Position numbers and translations under genes: made by a program | NCBI GenBank assembly: GCA_963752585.1 | Contig: CAVVYV010000008.1 | Coordinates: 552,197-616,196, forward strand | DNA from: an uncultured Solirubrobacterales bacterium | GTDB lineage: Bacteria; Actinomycetota; Thermoleophilia; Solirubrobacterales; 70-9 | DNA: 64,000 bases | Direction: 5' to 3' | Shown: piece by piece, positions 51,219 through 62,914 of the stretch | Layout: every line of letters begins with the position of its first letter | Numbering within the stretch: position 1 is the stretch's first letter | Notes under the pieces: model-generated | Database searches by the model: none | The model's input: only the letters and a program-made list of their open reading frames with translations | Told to the model about the DNA's origin: nothing

Positions 51219-52091
51219 GTGAGCCTGACTCCGCGCGTTCGCGCCTGGCGCGAGCGTGGGAGGAACGAGGAGTTCCGCGGTCGCCGCGTCCATGTCTTCG
51301 GGCGCGGCGGCCGCGGGCCGCTTCTCGTCCTCCTTCATGGGTTCCCCTCAAGCTCATACGACTGGCGGCTGCTGCTGGAGGAGGAGAGGGAGCACGCCGT
51401 GCTCGCCCTCGACTTCCTCGGCTTCGGGCTCTCGGAGAAGCCGCGCGATCACGAATACACCCTCCACTGGCAGGCCGACCTGGTCGAGGAGCTGGTCCGC
51501 CGCCATGGGGAGGGGAGCCAGGTCTTCGTTGTCGCTCATGACATGGGGACCTCGGTGGCGACCGAGCTCCTCGCCCGGGACCTGGAGGGGAGGCTCGAGA
51601 TGGAGCTGGCGGGCGTCCTCCTCTTCAACGGCTCGATGGTCCAGGACGCCGCCAGCCCGACCCTCGCCCAGCGGATCCTCCGCGGCCCGTTCGGCCCGGT
51701 CCTCTCCCGCCTCTCCAGTGAGCGCTTCTTCCGGGCCCAGTTCGGGTCGGTGTTCTCGCCGGGCCACCCGCTCACCGACGAGGAGGCCGACGACCAGTGG
51801 AGCTTGATCCGCGCCGATGGCGGACGCACGCTCGCTCACAGGACGATCCGCTACATGGACGAGCGCTTCGAGCACGCCGAGCGCTGGCACGGCGCCCTCC
51901 GCGACTGGCCCGGACATTTGCAGCTGGCCTGGGGGATGCTCGACCCTGTCGCCACCACAAAGGTCCTCGATGCCGTTCGCGAGCTGCGCCCTCAGGCGTC
52001 GCTGGCCGAGCTTCCCGAGCTCGGCCACTATCCGCAGATCGAGGACCCCGCGCAGCTGAATTCCGCTTTGCAGCGGGCATTGGACGCCTGA
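51219..52091 (+). CDS. Alpha/beta hydrolase
   Basis: Intact 290-aa ORF (GTG directly after the TAA at 51216-51218). ...LLVLLHGFPSSSYDW...FVVAHDMGTSVA (nucleophile elbow)...ELGHYPQIEDP. Confidence 0.8.
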   Translation: MSLTPRVRAWRERGRNEEFRGRRVHVFGRGGRGPLLVLLHGFPSSSYDWRLLLEEEREHAVLALDFLGFGLSEKPRDHEYTLHWQADLVEELVRRHGEGSQVFVVAHDMGTSVATELLARDLEGRLEMELAGVLLFNGSMVQDAASPTLAQRILRGPFGPVLSRLSSERFFRAQFGSVFSPGHPLTDEEADDQWSLIRADGGRTLAHRTIRYMDERFEHAERWHGALRDWPGHLQLAWGMLDPVATTKVLDAVRELRPQASLAELPELGHYPQIEDPAQLNSALQRALDA

Positions 52092-52099
52092 CGAGGCCC

Positions 52100-52128
52100 T
52101 CGACCCGGCCACGGCGCGGCGCTATACT
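52100..52128 (+). promoter_or_regulatory. Possible promoter TCGACC-17 nt-TATACT upstream of greA
   Basis: TATACT lies at 52123-52128, with a 4/6 match to TTGACA 17 nt upstream. The same TATACT hexamer recurs at 34640 and 54902 in other intergenic gaps. Confidence 0.3.
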
Positions 52129-52249
52129 TGCGCGCTTCGCCCGGCCGGTCGCCAGCCTCTCGGCGTCGGAACGGGCTCATTTTTCGCCGTCTAGCAGGCA
52201 TTTTCCGGACGGCGGCGCAGGAGAAATCGACAGCAGAATCGAGGAGAGC

Positions 52250-52729
52250 GTGGCCCGCGAGACACTGATCACCCCCGAGGGACTGGAGAAGCTCAGGGAG
52301 GAGCTGGACTTCCTCCAGGGCGATAAGCGCCGCGAGGTCGCCGACCGGATCAAGGCGGCGCGGGAGTTCGGCGACATCATGGAGAACTCCGAGTACGACG
52401 ACGCCAAGAACGAGCAGGCGATGCTCGAGCAGCGGATCGCCCAGCTCCAGGACAAGCTCCGACGCGCCGCGGTGATCGACCACAAGCAGGTCGACACCGA
52501 GCAGGTCGCGGTCGGTGCGGTGGTCCACGTCAAGGACCAGAAGTCGGGCAAGTCCCAGAAGTTCCAGATCGTCGGCTCCGCCGAGGCCGACCCGACCGAG
52601 CACAAGCTCTCCAACGAGTCGCCGATCGGCAAGGCCCTGATCGGCCACAAGAAGAACGAGGTCGTCGCGGTCGAGGTGCCGCGGGGGCCGAAGCGGAAGC
52701 TCAAGATCACCAAGATCGAAGCGGCCTAG
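52250..52729 (+). CDS. greA: Transcription elongation factor GreA
   Basis: GTG 52250 with a GAGGAG SD at 52241-52246. ...ITPEGLEKLREELDFLQGDKRREVADRIKAAREFGDIMENSEYDDAKNEQAMLEQRIAQLQDKL...SNESPIGKALIGHKKNEVV.... Confidence 0.9.
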   Translation: MARETLITPEGLEKLREELDFLQGDKRREVADRIKAAREFGDIMENSEYDDAKNEQAMLEQRIAQLQDKLRRAAVIDHKQVDTEQVAVGAVVHVKDQKSGKSQKFQIVGSAEADPTEHKLSNESPIGKALIGHKKNEVVAVEVPRGPKRKLKITKIEAA

Positions 52730-52749
52730 GCTGCCGCTAGGCTCGCCCG

Positions 52750-54216
52750 GTGAGCGAGCCCGATTCCTCCTCCGACTTCCTCGCCGAGCGGCGGGCGAAG
52801 CTCGAGCGGCTGCGACAGGGCGGGATCGAGCCGTTCCCGCACGCCTTCCCGGACCGGACCGAGATCGCCGCGGTCCGCGAGGCGCACGAGGGGATCGAGC
52901 CGGGAGTGGAGACGAGCGAGCGCTACCGGATCGCCGGCAGGCTGACCGCCCGGCGCGGGCACGGCAAGGCCAGCTTCCTCGACCTCCGCGACGGGACCGG
53001 CCAGATCCAGGTCCAGGGCCGCGTCGACGAGCTGGAGGAGGCATACGAGGGACTACTCGCTCTCGACATCGGGGACATCGTCGGGGTCGAGGGGACGGTC
53101 TTCGCCTCGAAGCGAGGAGAGCTCTCGATTCGCGCCGACGCCTGGGAGCTTCTCAGCAAGAGCCTCCGGCCGCCGCCCGAGAAGTTCCACGGCCTCGAGG
53201 ACGTCGAGACCCGCTATCGCCGCCGGGAGCTCGATCTGATCGCGAACGCTGAGACCCGCGAGCTCTTCCTGAAGCGGGCGGCGACGATCGCCGCCGTCCG
53301 CCGCTGGTTCGACGCACGCGGGTTCGTCGAGGTCGAGACGCCGGTCCTGCAGCCGCTCTACGGCGGCGCCCTCGCCCGCCCGTTCACCACCCACCACAAC
53401 GCCCTCGATCGCGACCTCTACCTGAGGATCGCCACCGAGCTCTATCTGAAGCGGCTGGTGGTCGGCGGGATCGACAAGGTCTATGAGCTCGGCAAGGACT
53501 TCCGCAACGAGGGGATCTCGCCGAAGCACAACCCCGAGTTCACGATGCTCGAGTGGTACGAGGCCTACGCCGACTACGAGGACGTCGCCAACGAGCTCGA
53601 GGACCTGGTCTCGACCGTCGCCAAGGAGGTCCTCGGGACGACCACGATCGAGCGCGACGGGGAGACGATCGAGCTGCAGCCGCCCTGGCGGCGGGTGACC
53701 CTCAGGGATGCGATCAAGGAGCGGACCGGGATCGACGTGCTCGAGCACCCGTCTCGGGACCAGCTTGCCGAAGCGATGGGCTCGAAGGCCGATCCCGAGG
53801 AGGGGTGGGGGAAGCTGGTCGACGGGCTTCTGTCGAAGGAGGTCGAGCCGACCCTGATCCAGCCGACCTTCGTCACCGACTACCCGGTCGAGCTCTCACC
53901 GTTCGCCAAGCGCCACCGCAGCGAGGAGGGCCTGGTGGAGCGCTGGGAGGCGTTCGTCGGCGGGATCGAGATCGCGAACGCCTTCACCGAGCTCAACGAT
54001 CCCGACGAGCAGCGTCGCCGTTTCGAGGCCCAGCGTGAGGAGACCGCGCGCGGGGACGAGGAGACTCAGCCCTACGACGAGGCGTTCGTCGAGGCGCTCG
54101 AGCAAGGAATGCCGCCGACCGGGGGTGCGGGGCTCGGGATCGATCGGCTGGTGATGATCTTGACCGGGGCGCGCTCGCTGCGCGAGGTCGTCTTGTTCCC
54201 GGCGATGCGGACCTAG
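52750..54216 (+). CDS. lysS: Lysine--tRNA ligase (class II)
   Basis: Intact 488-aa ORF with an OB-fold N-domain. ...FVEVETPVLQP..., ...YLRIATELYLKRL..., ...NPEFTMLEWYEAYADY..., ...GGAGLGIDRLVMIL.... Confidence 0.95.
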   Translation: MSEPDSSSDFLAERRAKLERLRQGGIEPFPHAFPDRTEIAAVREAHEGIEPGVETSERYRIAGRLTARRGHGKASFLDLRDGTGQIQVQGRVDELEEAYEGLLALDIGDIVGVEGTVFASKRGELSIRADAWELLSKSLRPPPEKFHGLEDVETRYRRRELDLIANAETRELFLKRAATIAAVRRWFDARGFVEVETPVLQPLYGGALARPFTTHHNALDRDLYLRIATELYLKRLVVGGIDKVYELGKDFRNEGISPKHNPEFTMLEWYEAYADYEDVANELEDLVSTVAKEVLGTTTIERDGETIELQPPWRRVTLRDAIKERTGIDVLEHPSRDQLAEAMGSKADPEEGWGKLVDGLLSKEVEPTLIQPTFVTDYPVELSPFAKRHRSEEGLVERWEAFVGGIEIANAFTELNDPDEQRRRFEAQREETARGDEETQPYDEAFVEALEQGMPPTGGAGLGIDRLVMILTGARSLREVVLFPAMRT

Positions 54217-54221
54217 CCGGC

Positions 54222-54830
54222 CTAGCCGGAGACCTGGGCCTTCTCCCCGCTCGGGGGCTCCTCGTCGGGGTCGGTCTCCTCGGCCTCCTCCTGTTCCTGC
54301 GCCTCGTCCCCGTCTTCGTTTTCCTCCTCCGCCTCGTCCTCGTCGCCGTTCTCGTCCTCCGAATCGTCCTCGCCTTCCTCATCCTCGGAGTTCTCCTCGT
54401 CGGACTCGGCAGTCGGCTTCTCCTCGGTCTCGTCTTCTTCGGCCGCCGAGTCGCCCGAGGTCGAGTCCGCATCGTCGGCTTCGTCCTCCGAGCGGAGCAG
54501 GAGGTAGAGCCCGACGAATGGGGACGCGATCAACGCCAGGGCGCCGAGCAGCACCGGCCAGCTGAGCACCACCCCGAGCCCAGCGTTGGCGCCGTTGTCG
54601 CTGGTCACGTAGATCGCCCAGGCGATCCAGGCGACCAGGAGGAGCCCCGCAGCGATCGCGCCGATCCCGAGCCAGGGGTTGGACCGGCCACGCTCGATCG
54701 CGGCGCTCGTCTTCTCGATCAACTCCACGAGCGGCAAGCTACCGATCCCGCTCCCGGCAAGGGCCGAAGGGAGTAGCGCCCGATCTAGTTCCCCTTCGCC
54801 GTGGCCTCGCCCTGGATCGGATTCCCGCAC
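54222..54830 (-). CDS. Membrane protein (2 TM helices) with an approximately 90-aa poly-acidic C-terminal tail; start uncertain
   Basis: ORF 54222..54830. TM helices: WLGIGAIAAGLLLVAWIAWAIYV and VLSWPVLLGALALIASPFVGLYLLL. The tail reads ...EDEADDADSTSGDSAAEEDETEEKPTAESDEENSEDEEGEDDSEDENGDEDEAEEENEDGDEAQEQEEAEE.... An internal GTG near 54727 is an alternative start. Confidence 0.5.
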   Translation of the reverse strand: MRESDPGRGHGEGELDRALLPSALAGSGIGSLPLVELIEKTSAAIERGRSNPWLGIGAIAAGLLLVAWIAWAIYVTSDNGANAGLGVVLSWPVLLGALALIASPFVGLYLLLRSEDEADDADSTSGDSAAEEDETEEKPTAESDEENSEDEEGEDDSEDENGDEDEAEEENEDGDEAQEQEEAEETDPDEEPPSGEKAQVSG

Positions 54831-55070
54831 CTTGCAGGGACTTCCCGGCAGACGGCGCGGCAGAGCGGTTTCAAGCCGTCTGGGCGAGGAAAGCCCCCGG
54901 CTATACTTTTGCCTCTCGCGTCCCCGACAGAACCGGAGGTCAGATCAAAGATCGGCGCGAAGGAGCCGATACGAGATAGGGCCCCCGGGCAGTCTGTCAT
55001 CCCGTAAGCCAACGCCATCGACGACTTAGGACCAGCCGAACCGACTGATAGACCAAGAGGCAGGCGCTAG

Positions 55071-57651
<2,581 letters not shown>

Positions 57652-58813
57652 TTTCCGCACCAGCTCAGGCGGCGATCGGCACCTGGAGCGGGGGCCGGTT
57701 CCTGCGCTTCGGCGAGGCGATCGACGAGGAGCGGCTGGTGGCGCTGCTGCGCCCCGACGCGGGGATCGCGACCGTGCTCACCGCCGACGCCTACGGCCAG
57801 GGCGAGGCGGACTCGGTCCTCGGGCGGGCGCTCGACGGCGTCGCCCGCGACGCCTACAGCCTCGTCGGCGCGGTCGGCCACGACTTCTACGAGGGCGAGC
57901 GCGATGGGCCACGGGGCTTTCCTCGGTTCACCGACCCGCGCCTCCGCGGGCCCGACGCGTACGCGGACTACCTGCGGATGGCGGCCGAGCGCAGCCTCGA
58001 GCGCCTCGGGCAGCAGCGCTTCGACCTGCTCCTCCTCCACAACCCCGACCGCCGCGGCTATGAGAGCGAGGCGGTCTGGGAGGGGATGGCGGCCCTGCGC
58101 GAGAGCGGGCTGACCGACTCGATCGGGCGTCGCCCCTGGTCCCGCCAACGGCTTCACCCTCGATCTGATCGCCTGCTTCGAGCGCTTCGGCGAGCTGATC
58201 GACTGGGCGATGATCATCCTCAACCCGCTCGAGCCCTGGCCCGGCGAGCTCTGCCTGGACGCGGCTGCCGCCGCGCGGGTGAAGGTGATCACCCGGGTGG
58301 TCGACTACGGCGGGCTCTTCTGGGATGACGTCCTCCCGGGCGCGGAGCTGCCGGCCGGCGATCACCGCGCCTTCCGCCCCCAGGGGTGGATCGAGGAGGG
58401 GAGGGAGAAGCTCGAGCGGCTGCGGCCGATCGCCGAGCGGACCGGGCTGACGCCGATGCAGCTCGCCTGCCAGTGGAACCTCGCCCACGAGGCGGTGGAG
58501 TGCGTGGTCCCGACCCTGATCCAGGAGGCTGGGGGAGGCGGCGCGGCCGATCGAGGAGAAGCGCGCCGAGCTCGCGGCCCTGCCCGCCGGAGCGGCGCCT
58601 CACCGACGAGGATCTGGCCGAGATCCGGGCGGTGGGCGACAACGCCGGCTGCATGGCGCTGAAGGGGGCGAGCCCCGACCACACCGGCGATGAGCGCCCC
58701 GACCGCTGGCGGGTGACCGCCGCCCTCGCCGAGAGCGGGCGGCGCTGGGGGATCGACCCCGGCCGCGACCTCCGACAGGTCGCGGCGGAGAGCCTCAGCT
58801 AGCGGCCCCTTCC

Positions 58814-58845
58814 TGCGACCGGTTCGCACCTGCGACCGGGTCGCA
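58814..58845. promoter_or_regulatory. Two tandem 15-bp palindromes of 7-1-7 geometry (TGCGACCgGTTCGCA, one mismatch; TGCGACCgGGTCGCA, perfect), centres 17 nt apart; candidate operator upstream of the DUF4331 gene
   Basis: Read directly from the sequence at 58814-58828 and 58831-58845. The 1-nt centre rules out a hairpin loop, which favours a dimeric DNA-binding-protein site. They lie about 130 nt upstream of ATG 58974. Confidence 0.45.
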
Positions 58846-58973
58846 AAGTTCCCTCGTTTGCAGCGGTTTCCTGATCCGCGACGGTCCTTGGCGGCGTAGC
58901 ACCCCACAAGACCGAGGGCCGGACCGGCGGTCGGCTCACGGCATACCCGCAGCCACCGCCGCAAGGAGGAAGC

Positions 58974-60527
58974 ATGAAGAAGCTCATCCTCGCCGCCGCC
59001 CTCGCGGCCGTGGCAATCGCGGTACCGATGAGCATCGGTTCCTCGCATCGCGAGGCCCCCCTGACGTCGATTGACCCGACGGGGGATGAAACCGATGTCT
59101 ATGCCTTTACGGCAGAGGACGCCCCCGATGCGATCACGATCGCCTCCAACTGGGTCCCGTTTGAGGACCCCGCGGGCGGTCCGAACTTCTACCGGTTCGA
59201 CGACAACGCCCGTTACTACCTGAACGTCGACAACACCGGTGACGGCGTCGCCGACATCAGATACCTGTTCGAGTTCGAGACGACGACCCGCAACCCGAAG
59301 TCGGGCCTCTACGGGAACGGCCAGCCGATCGATTCGGTCGACAGCGAGAACCTGAACGTCATCCAGACCTACTCGGTCACCCGGGAAGAGGTCGGGGGCG
59401 GCTCGGAGGTCCTCGCCAGGGACCTCCCGACACCGCCGAGCAACGTCGGGCCGAAGACGATCCCGAACTACGAGCAGGTTCAGGCCGGGGCGATCCAGGA
59501 GCTGCCCGGGGGCGGCAAGGTGTTCGCCGGCCAGCGCGAGGACCCGTTCTTCATCAGCCTCGGGCGGGTCTTCGACTACGTCAATCTGGAGGGCGCCGGC
59601 CTCGGCAACGAGGGCGGCGGAGTCGACGACATCGCCGGCTACGCGGTCCACTCGATCGTGCTCCAACTCCCCGAGTCCGAGGTGACGGCGGACGGGAAGC
59701 CGGTCGCCGACGAGAAGGCCGCGAACGCGGTCGTCGGCGTCTGGTCCTCGACCGAGCGCCAGACGATCAGCCCCGACGGCAGCGGCAGCGGCGGGTACCA
59801 GCAGATCTCCCGCCTCGGCAACCCGCTCGTCAACGAGCTGATCATCCCGCTCGGCGAGAAGGACCGGTTCAACCGGACGACGCCGGAGGATGACGCGACC
59901 AACTACGGCAAGTACGTGCTGGAGCCGGAGCTGGCGGCGGTGCTGAACATCCTGTTCCCGGACATGGTCAACGCGCCCGAGAAGGACCGCACGGACATCG
60001 TCCAGGCGGTGCTCCAGGGCGTGCCCGGCCTGAACGCGTTCCCCGGCAAGGCCGGAATGAACGCGACCGACACGCTCAAGCTCAACCTGGGCGTGGCGCC
60101 GGCCGCCGAGCCGAACCGGCTCGGGGTGCTGGCTGATGACACAGCGGGCTACCCGAACGGCCGTCGTCTCACCGACGACGTGGTCGACATCGACCTCCAG
60201 GTCGTCGCGGGCGCCCTCCAGGGGAACGAGGTCCCGCTCGGGGACGGCGTCAACCAGAACGACGTCGAGTTCCTGACGGAGTTCCCCTACCTGGCCCCGC
60301 CGAAGTCGGGAGCCAATCCCGACGCCGCCTACGGCTCGCAGCTGAAGGCGCTGGCGGGAGCGGACGGCTCCGACACGCTCCCCTCCTTCTCCTCCGGAGA
60401 TGATGGTGGCGAGGACGAGGACGGCGGAACCAGCGCCGTCGTCTGGATCCTGATCGGGGTCGGCGCGTTGATCCTGGCCGGACTCGCCTTCCGCGCGGGC
60501 CGCGGCTCAGGAGGCGCGCAGGCGTAA
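58974..60527 (+). CDS. DUF4331-family secreted protein with C-terminal membrane anchor
   Basis: Intact 517-aa ORF with an AAGGAGGAAGC SD. The signal peptide is followed by the family-typical SSHREAPL...DETDVYAF, ...GGYPNGRRLTDDVVDI..., ...FPYLAPP.... The C-terminus has an acidic stretch and then a TM helix (AVVWILIGVGALILAGLAF). Confidence 0.8.
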   Translation: MKKLILAAALAAVAIAVPMSIGSSHREAPLTSIDPTGDETDVYAFTAEDAPDAITIASNWVPFEDPAGGPNFYRFDDNARYYLNVDNTGDGVADIRYLFEFETTTRNPKSGLYGNGQPIDSVDSENLNVIQTYSVTREEVGGGSEVLARDLPTPPSNVGPKTIPNYEQVQAGAIQELPGGGKVFAGQREDPFFISLGRVFDYVNLEGAGLGNEGGGVDDIAGYAVHSIVLQLPESEVTADGKPVADEKAANAVVGVWSSTERQTISPDGSGSGGYQQISRLGNPLVNELIIPLGEKDRFNRTTPEDDATNYGKYVLEPELAAVLNILFPDMVNAPEKDRTDIVQAVLQGVPGLNAFPGKAGMNATDTLKLNLGVAPAAEPNRLGVLADDTAGYPNGRRLTDDVVDIDLQVVAGALQGNEVPLGDGVNQNDVEFLTEFPYLAPPKSGANPDAAYGSQLKALAGADGSDTLPSFSSGDDGGEDEDGGTSAVVWILIGVGALILAGLAFRAGRGSGGAQA

Positions 60528-60544
60528 CCAATCGAGCCTGGATC

Positions 60545-60573
60545 GGGGCCGCCGCCGTGCCGGCGGCGGCCCC
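60545..60573 (+). terminator. Perfect 13-bp GC hairpin (GGGGCCGCCGCCG-tgc-CGGCGGCGGCCCC) 18 nt after the DUF4331 stop; possible terminator/attenuator without U-tract
   Basis: The arms at 60545-60557 and 60561-60573 are exact reverse complements, read directly from the sequence. They are followed by C-rich rather than T-rich sequence. Confidence 0.35.
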
Positions 60574-60625
60574 CCCGGGCCCTCAACACGACAACCCCAC
60601 CATCAAGGACCGAAAGGGAGATCGA

Positions 60626-61945
60626 ATGGAGTTCGCCCGAGACAGCATCGCCCTGAAGCTCGCCGCCGCCCTCTTGGCGTTCGCGGCCGCCTTCTTCGCC
60701 GTGCGCGCGATCGACGGCTCGAGCGAGCTGCCCGAGCTCGGCATGGCGGGAGCCGAGCGCCGCGAGGGGATCCTGCCAACGGCGACGACAACCGAGCGGA
60801 TAGACGCCTTGAAGGGACAGGTCGCGGATGCGCCCTCGGACCCGGAGGCCCACGCTGCGCTTGGGTCCGCCTACCTGGCCCGCATCGGCGAAACCGAGGA
60901 TCCCGCTCTCTACGAAAACGCCGAGCGCTCGTTCCGGACCGCCCTCGGCCTCGCTCCCAACGACTTCGCGGCGATTGCCGGGCTCGCCGAGCTGGAGCTC
61001 TCCCGCCACCACTTCCGCCAAGGCCTCGCTCTCAGCCTCCGCGCAAGGGAAATCAATCCCTCCGTCGCGCGGGTCGACTCGGGGATCGTCGACGCGCAGA
61101 TCGAGTTGGGTCGCTACGCGGCCGCCGAGCGGACCCTGGAGCGCTACATCGGCCGCCAGCCCGAGCTCGCCTCTTACTCGCGCATCTCCTACTACCGGGA
61201 GTTGCGCGGCGATCCCGCGGGCGCCCTTTCGGCGATGGAGCTGGCGGCTTCCGCCGGCGGCAGCTCGGCTGGCGCGGACTTCTCGCAGACTCTGATCGGG
61301 AGGCTTCGATTCGAGCTCGGGCAGTACGCGGAGGCCGAGCGGGTCTGGCGCGGCGTCCTGGCGCGGACCCCAAACGCCCCGGATGCGCTCTTGGGCATCG
61401 CCGCGATCGAGGCGGGGCGGGGCGATTTCACCTCGGCGATCGAGCGCCATCGGGCGGTCTTCGACGAGATCCCCGCGCCCGATCACGCCGTCTTGCTCGG
61501 CGAGTCCCTGGAGGCCGCCGGCGATCTGGATGGGGCGGCCGCCGCCTACAGCGATGGGGCCGCCGCGTTCGAGCGGCTCGAGGCCGCCGGGGCCAACGCG
61601 AGCACGGAGCTGGCGGTGTTCGAAGCCGACCATGGGAGCATCGAGCGGGCCGTCCTCGCCGGCAAGCGGGCCTGGCGGCTCACCCCGAGCGTCCGCGCGG
61701 CCGACGCCTACTCGTGGGCGCTGAGCGCCGCCGGGCGGGACCGGGCTGCCCTCAGCTTCTCCCACCGGGCGATGCGGCTCGGGTCGTTCGATCCCGTCTT
61801 CCTCTACCACGCCGGGATCGCGTCGCTGCGGGCCGGCGATCGGCAGCGCGCCCGGGCGCTCCTGAGCCGGCTGCTCGAGCGCAGCCCGCGATTCAGCCCG
61901 CTCCACGCGCCCCGGGCACGCGCCGCGCTGGACCGGCTCGGCTGA
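60626..61945 (+). CDS. N-terminally membrane-anchored TPR-repeat protein
   Basis: ATG 60626 with an AAGGGAG SD (the ORF track starts at 60557). The TM helix is LKLAAALLAFAAAFFAV. About 400 aa of Ala/Leu-rich TPR-like helical pairs follow (...AHAALGSAYLARIGETEDPALYENAERSFRTALGLAPND...). Confidence 0.6.
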   Translation: MEFARDSIALKLAAALLAFAAAFFAVRAIDGSSELPELGMAGAERREGILPTATTTERIDALKGQVADAPSDPEAHAALGSAYLARIGETEDPALYENAERSFRTALGLAPNDFAAIAGLAELELSRHHFRQGLALSLRAREINPSVARVDSGIVDAQIELGRYAAAERTLERYIGRQPELASYSRISYYRELRGDPAGALSAMELAASAGGSSAGADFSQTLIGRLRFELGQYAEAERVWRGVLARTPNAPDALLGIAAIEAGRGDFTSAIERHRAVFDEIPAPDHAVLLGESLEAAGDLDGAAAAYSDGAAAFERLEAAGANASTELAVFEADHGSIERAVLAGKRAWRLTPSVRAADAYSWALSAAGRDRAALSFSHRAMRLGSFDPVFLYHAGIASLRAGDRQRARALLSRLLERSPRFSPLHAPRARAALDRLG

Positions 61946-61968
61946 TCCATTTGCCGCCCCCGGGCGCT

Positions 61969-62409
61969 ATGTCCAGTGTGGACACGGTCGACGCCGCGGT
62001 CAGCGCCCTCAGACGCCGAGGGCTCCGGGCATCCTCCTCCCGGCGGTTGATCATCCAGATCCTCCGTGAGACCGTCGCCCCACTCTCCGCGCGCGAGATC
62101 TCGCGTGGACCCGACGGCGCCAGCATCGGCCTCGATCTCGCCTCCGTCTACCGGAACCTCGAGATCCTCGAGGAACACGGGCTTGTGGATCAGATCCAGG
62201 CCGGCCGTGGCCCGGGGCGCTACGTCCTCGCGGGAGGGGTGGAGCGCGAGTACCTCGTGTGCGACCGGTGCGGAGCGATTGCCGACCTGGATCCCGGCGA
62301 GATGGATGGCGTCCGCACGGTGATCCGGGAGCGATACGGCTATGAGGTCACCTTCAGGCGCGTCCCGATGGTCGGCCTCTGTCAGAAGTGCCGATCTGCG
62401 GCAGGGTGA
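61969..62409 (+). CDS. Fur-family transcriptional regulator (atypical metal-sensing region)
   Basis: ATG 61969, 23 nt after the TPR stop. The winged helix is ...RRLIIQILRETVAPLSAREI...SVYRNLEILEEHGLV. Two CxxC pairs are present (CDRCG, CQKC). The His-rich motif that usually precedes the first CxxC reads REYLVC here. Confidence 0.75.
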   Translation: MSSVDTVDAAVSALRRRGLRASSSRRLIIQILRETVAPLSAREISRGPDGASIGLDLASVYRNLEILEEHGLVDQIQAGRGPGRYVLAGGVEREYLVCDRCGAIADLDPGEMDGVRTVIRERYGYEVTFRRVPMVGLCQKCRSAAG

Positions 62410-62460
62410 GGGCCGCTACCCTGAGTCCGGCGCACGCCCTGCGCCTTCAGGGACGAGCAA

Positions 62461-62898
62461 TTGACGGCAGTGCTACACGCAATCCGAAGGGTCCTGGTCG
62501 GCACCGGCTCGACCGCGTTCACCCTGATCGGCGCGGTGCTGATCGGCTTCGGGGTACCGCTCTTCTGGATCTGGATCGCCTCGCACCTCTACGACAAGCC
62601 GGGCGCCGTCAACGGCTCGGTCGCCGCCTTCATCGGCACCGGGATCCTGGTCAGCTATTGGGGGATCCTGATGATCGCCTCCTGGATCCGCGGCCGGCTG
62701 ATGAACCGGGCAGCGGAGCCGGAGCGGCGCCGCGCCTCCTGGAACCGCAGCATGCGCGACTCCCCGTACAGGCCTGGCCAGGATCGGAGCGATCCGATCG
62801 AGCGCCTCTTCGTCGCCACCGCGATCATCTCCCTGATCGGCTTCGCGGTCTGGTTCGCCTTCTTCGCCGGGGCCCCGTTCCCCAGCAACCCGGGCTGA
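62461..62898 (+). CDS. Membrane protein (about 4 TM helices), unknown function
   Basis: Intact 145-aa ORF (TTG start). Helices: AFTLIGAVLIGFGVPLFWIWIA, VAAFIGTGILVSYWGILMIASWI, LFVATAIISLIGFAVWFAFFA. Confidence 0.5.
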   Translation: MTAVLHAIRRVLVGTGSTAFTLIGAVLIGFGVPLFWIWIASHLYDKPGAVNGSVAAFIGTGILVSYWGILMIASWIRGRLMNRAAEPERRRASWNRSMRDSPYRPGQDRSDPIERLFVATAIISLIGFAVWFAFFAGAPFPSNPG

Positions 62899-62914
62899 GC
62901 GCTACCTCGCCGCG

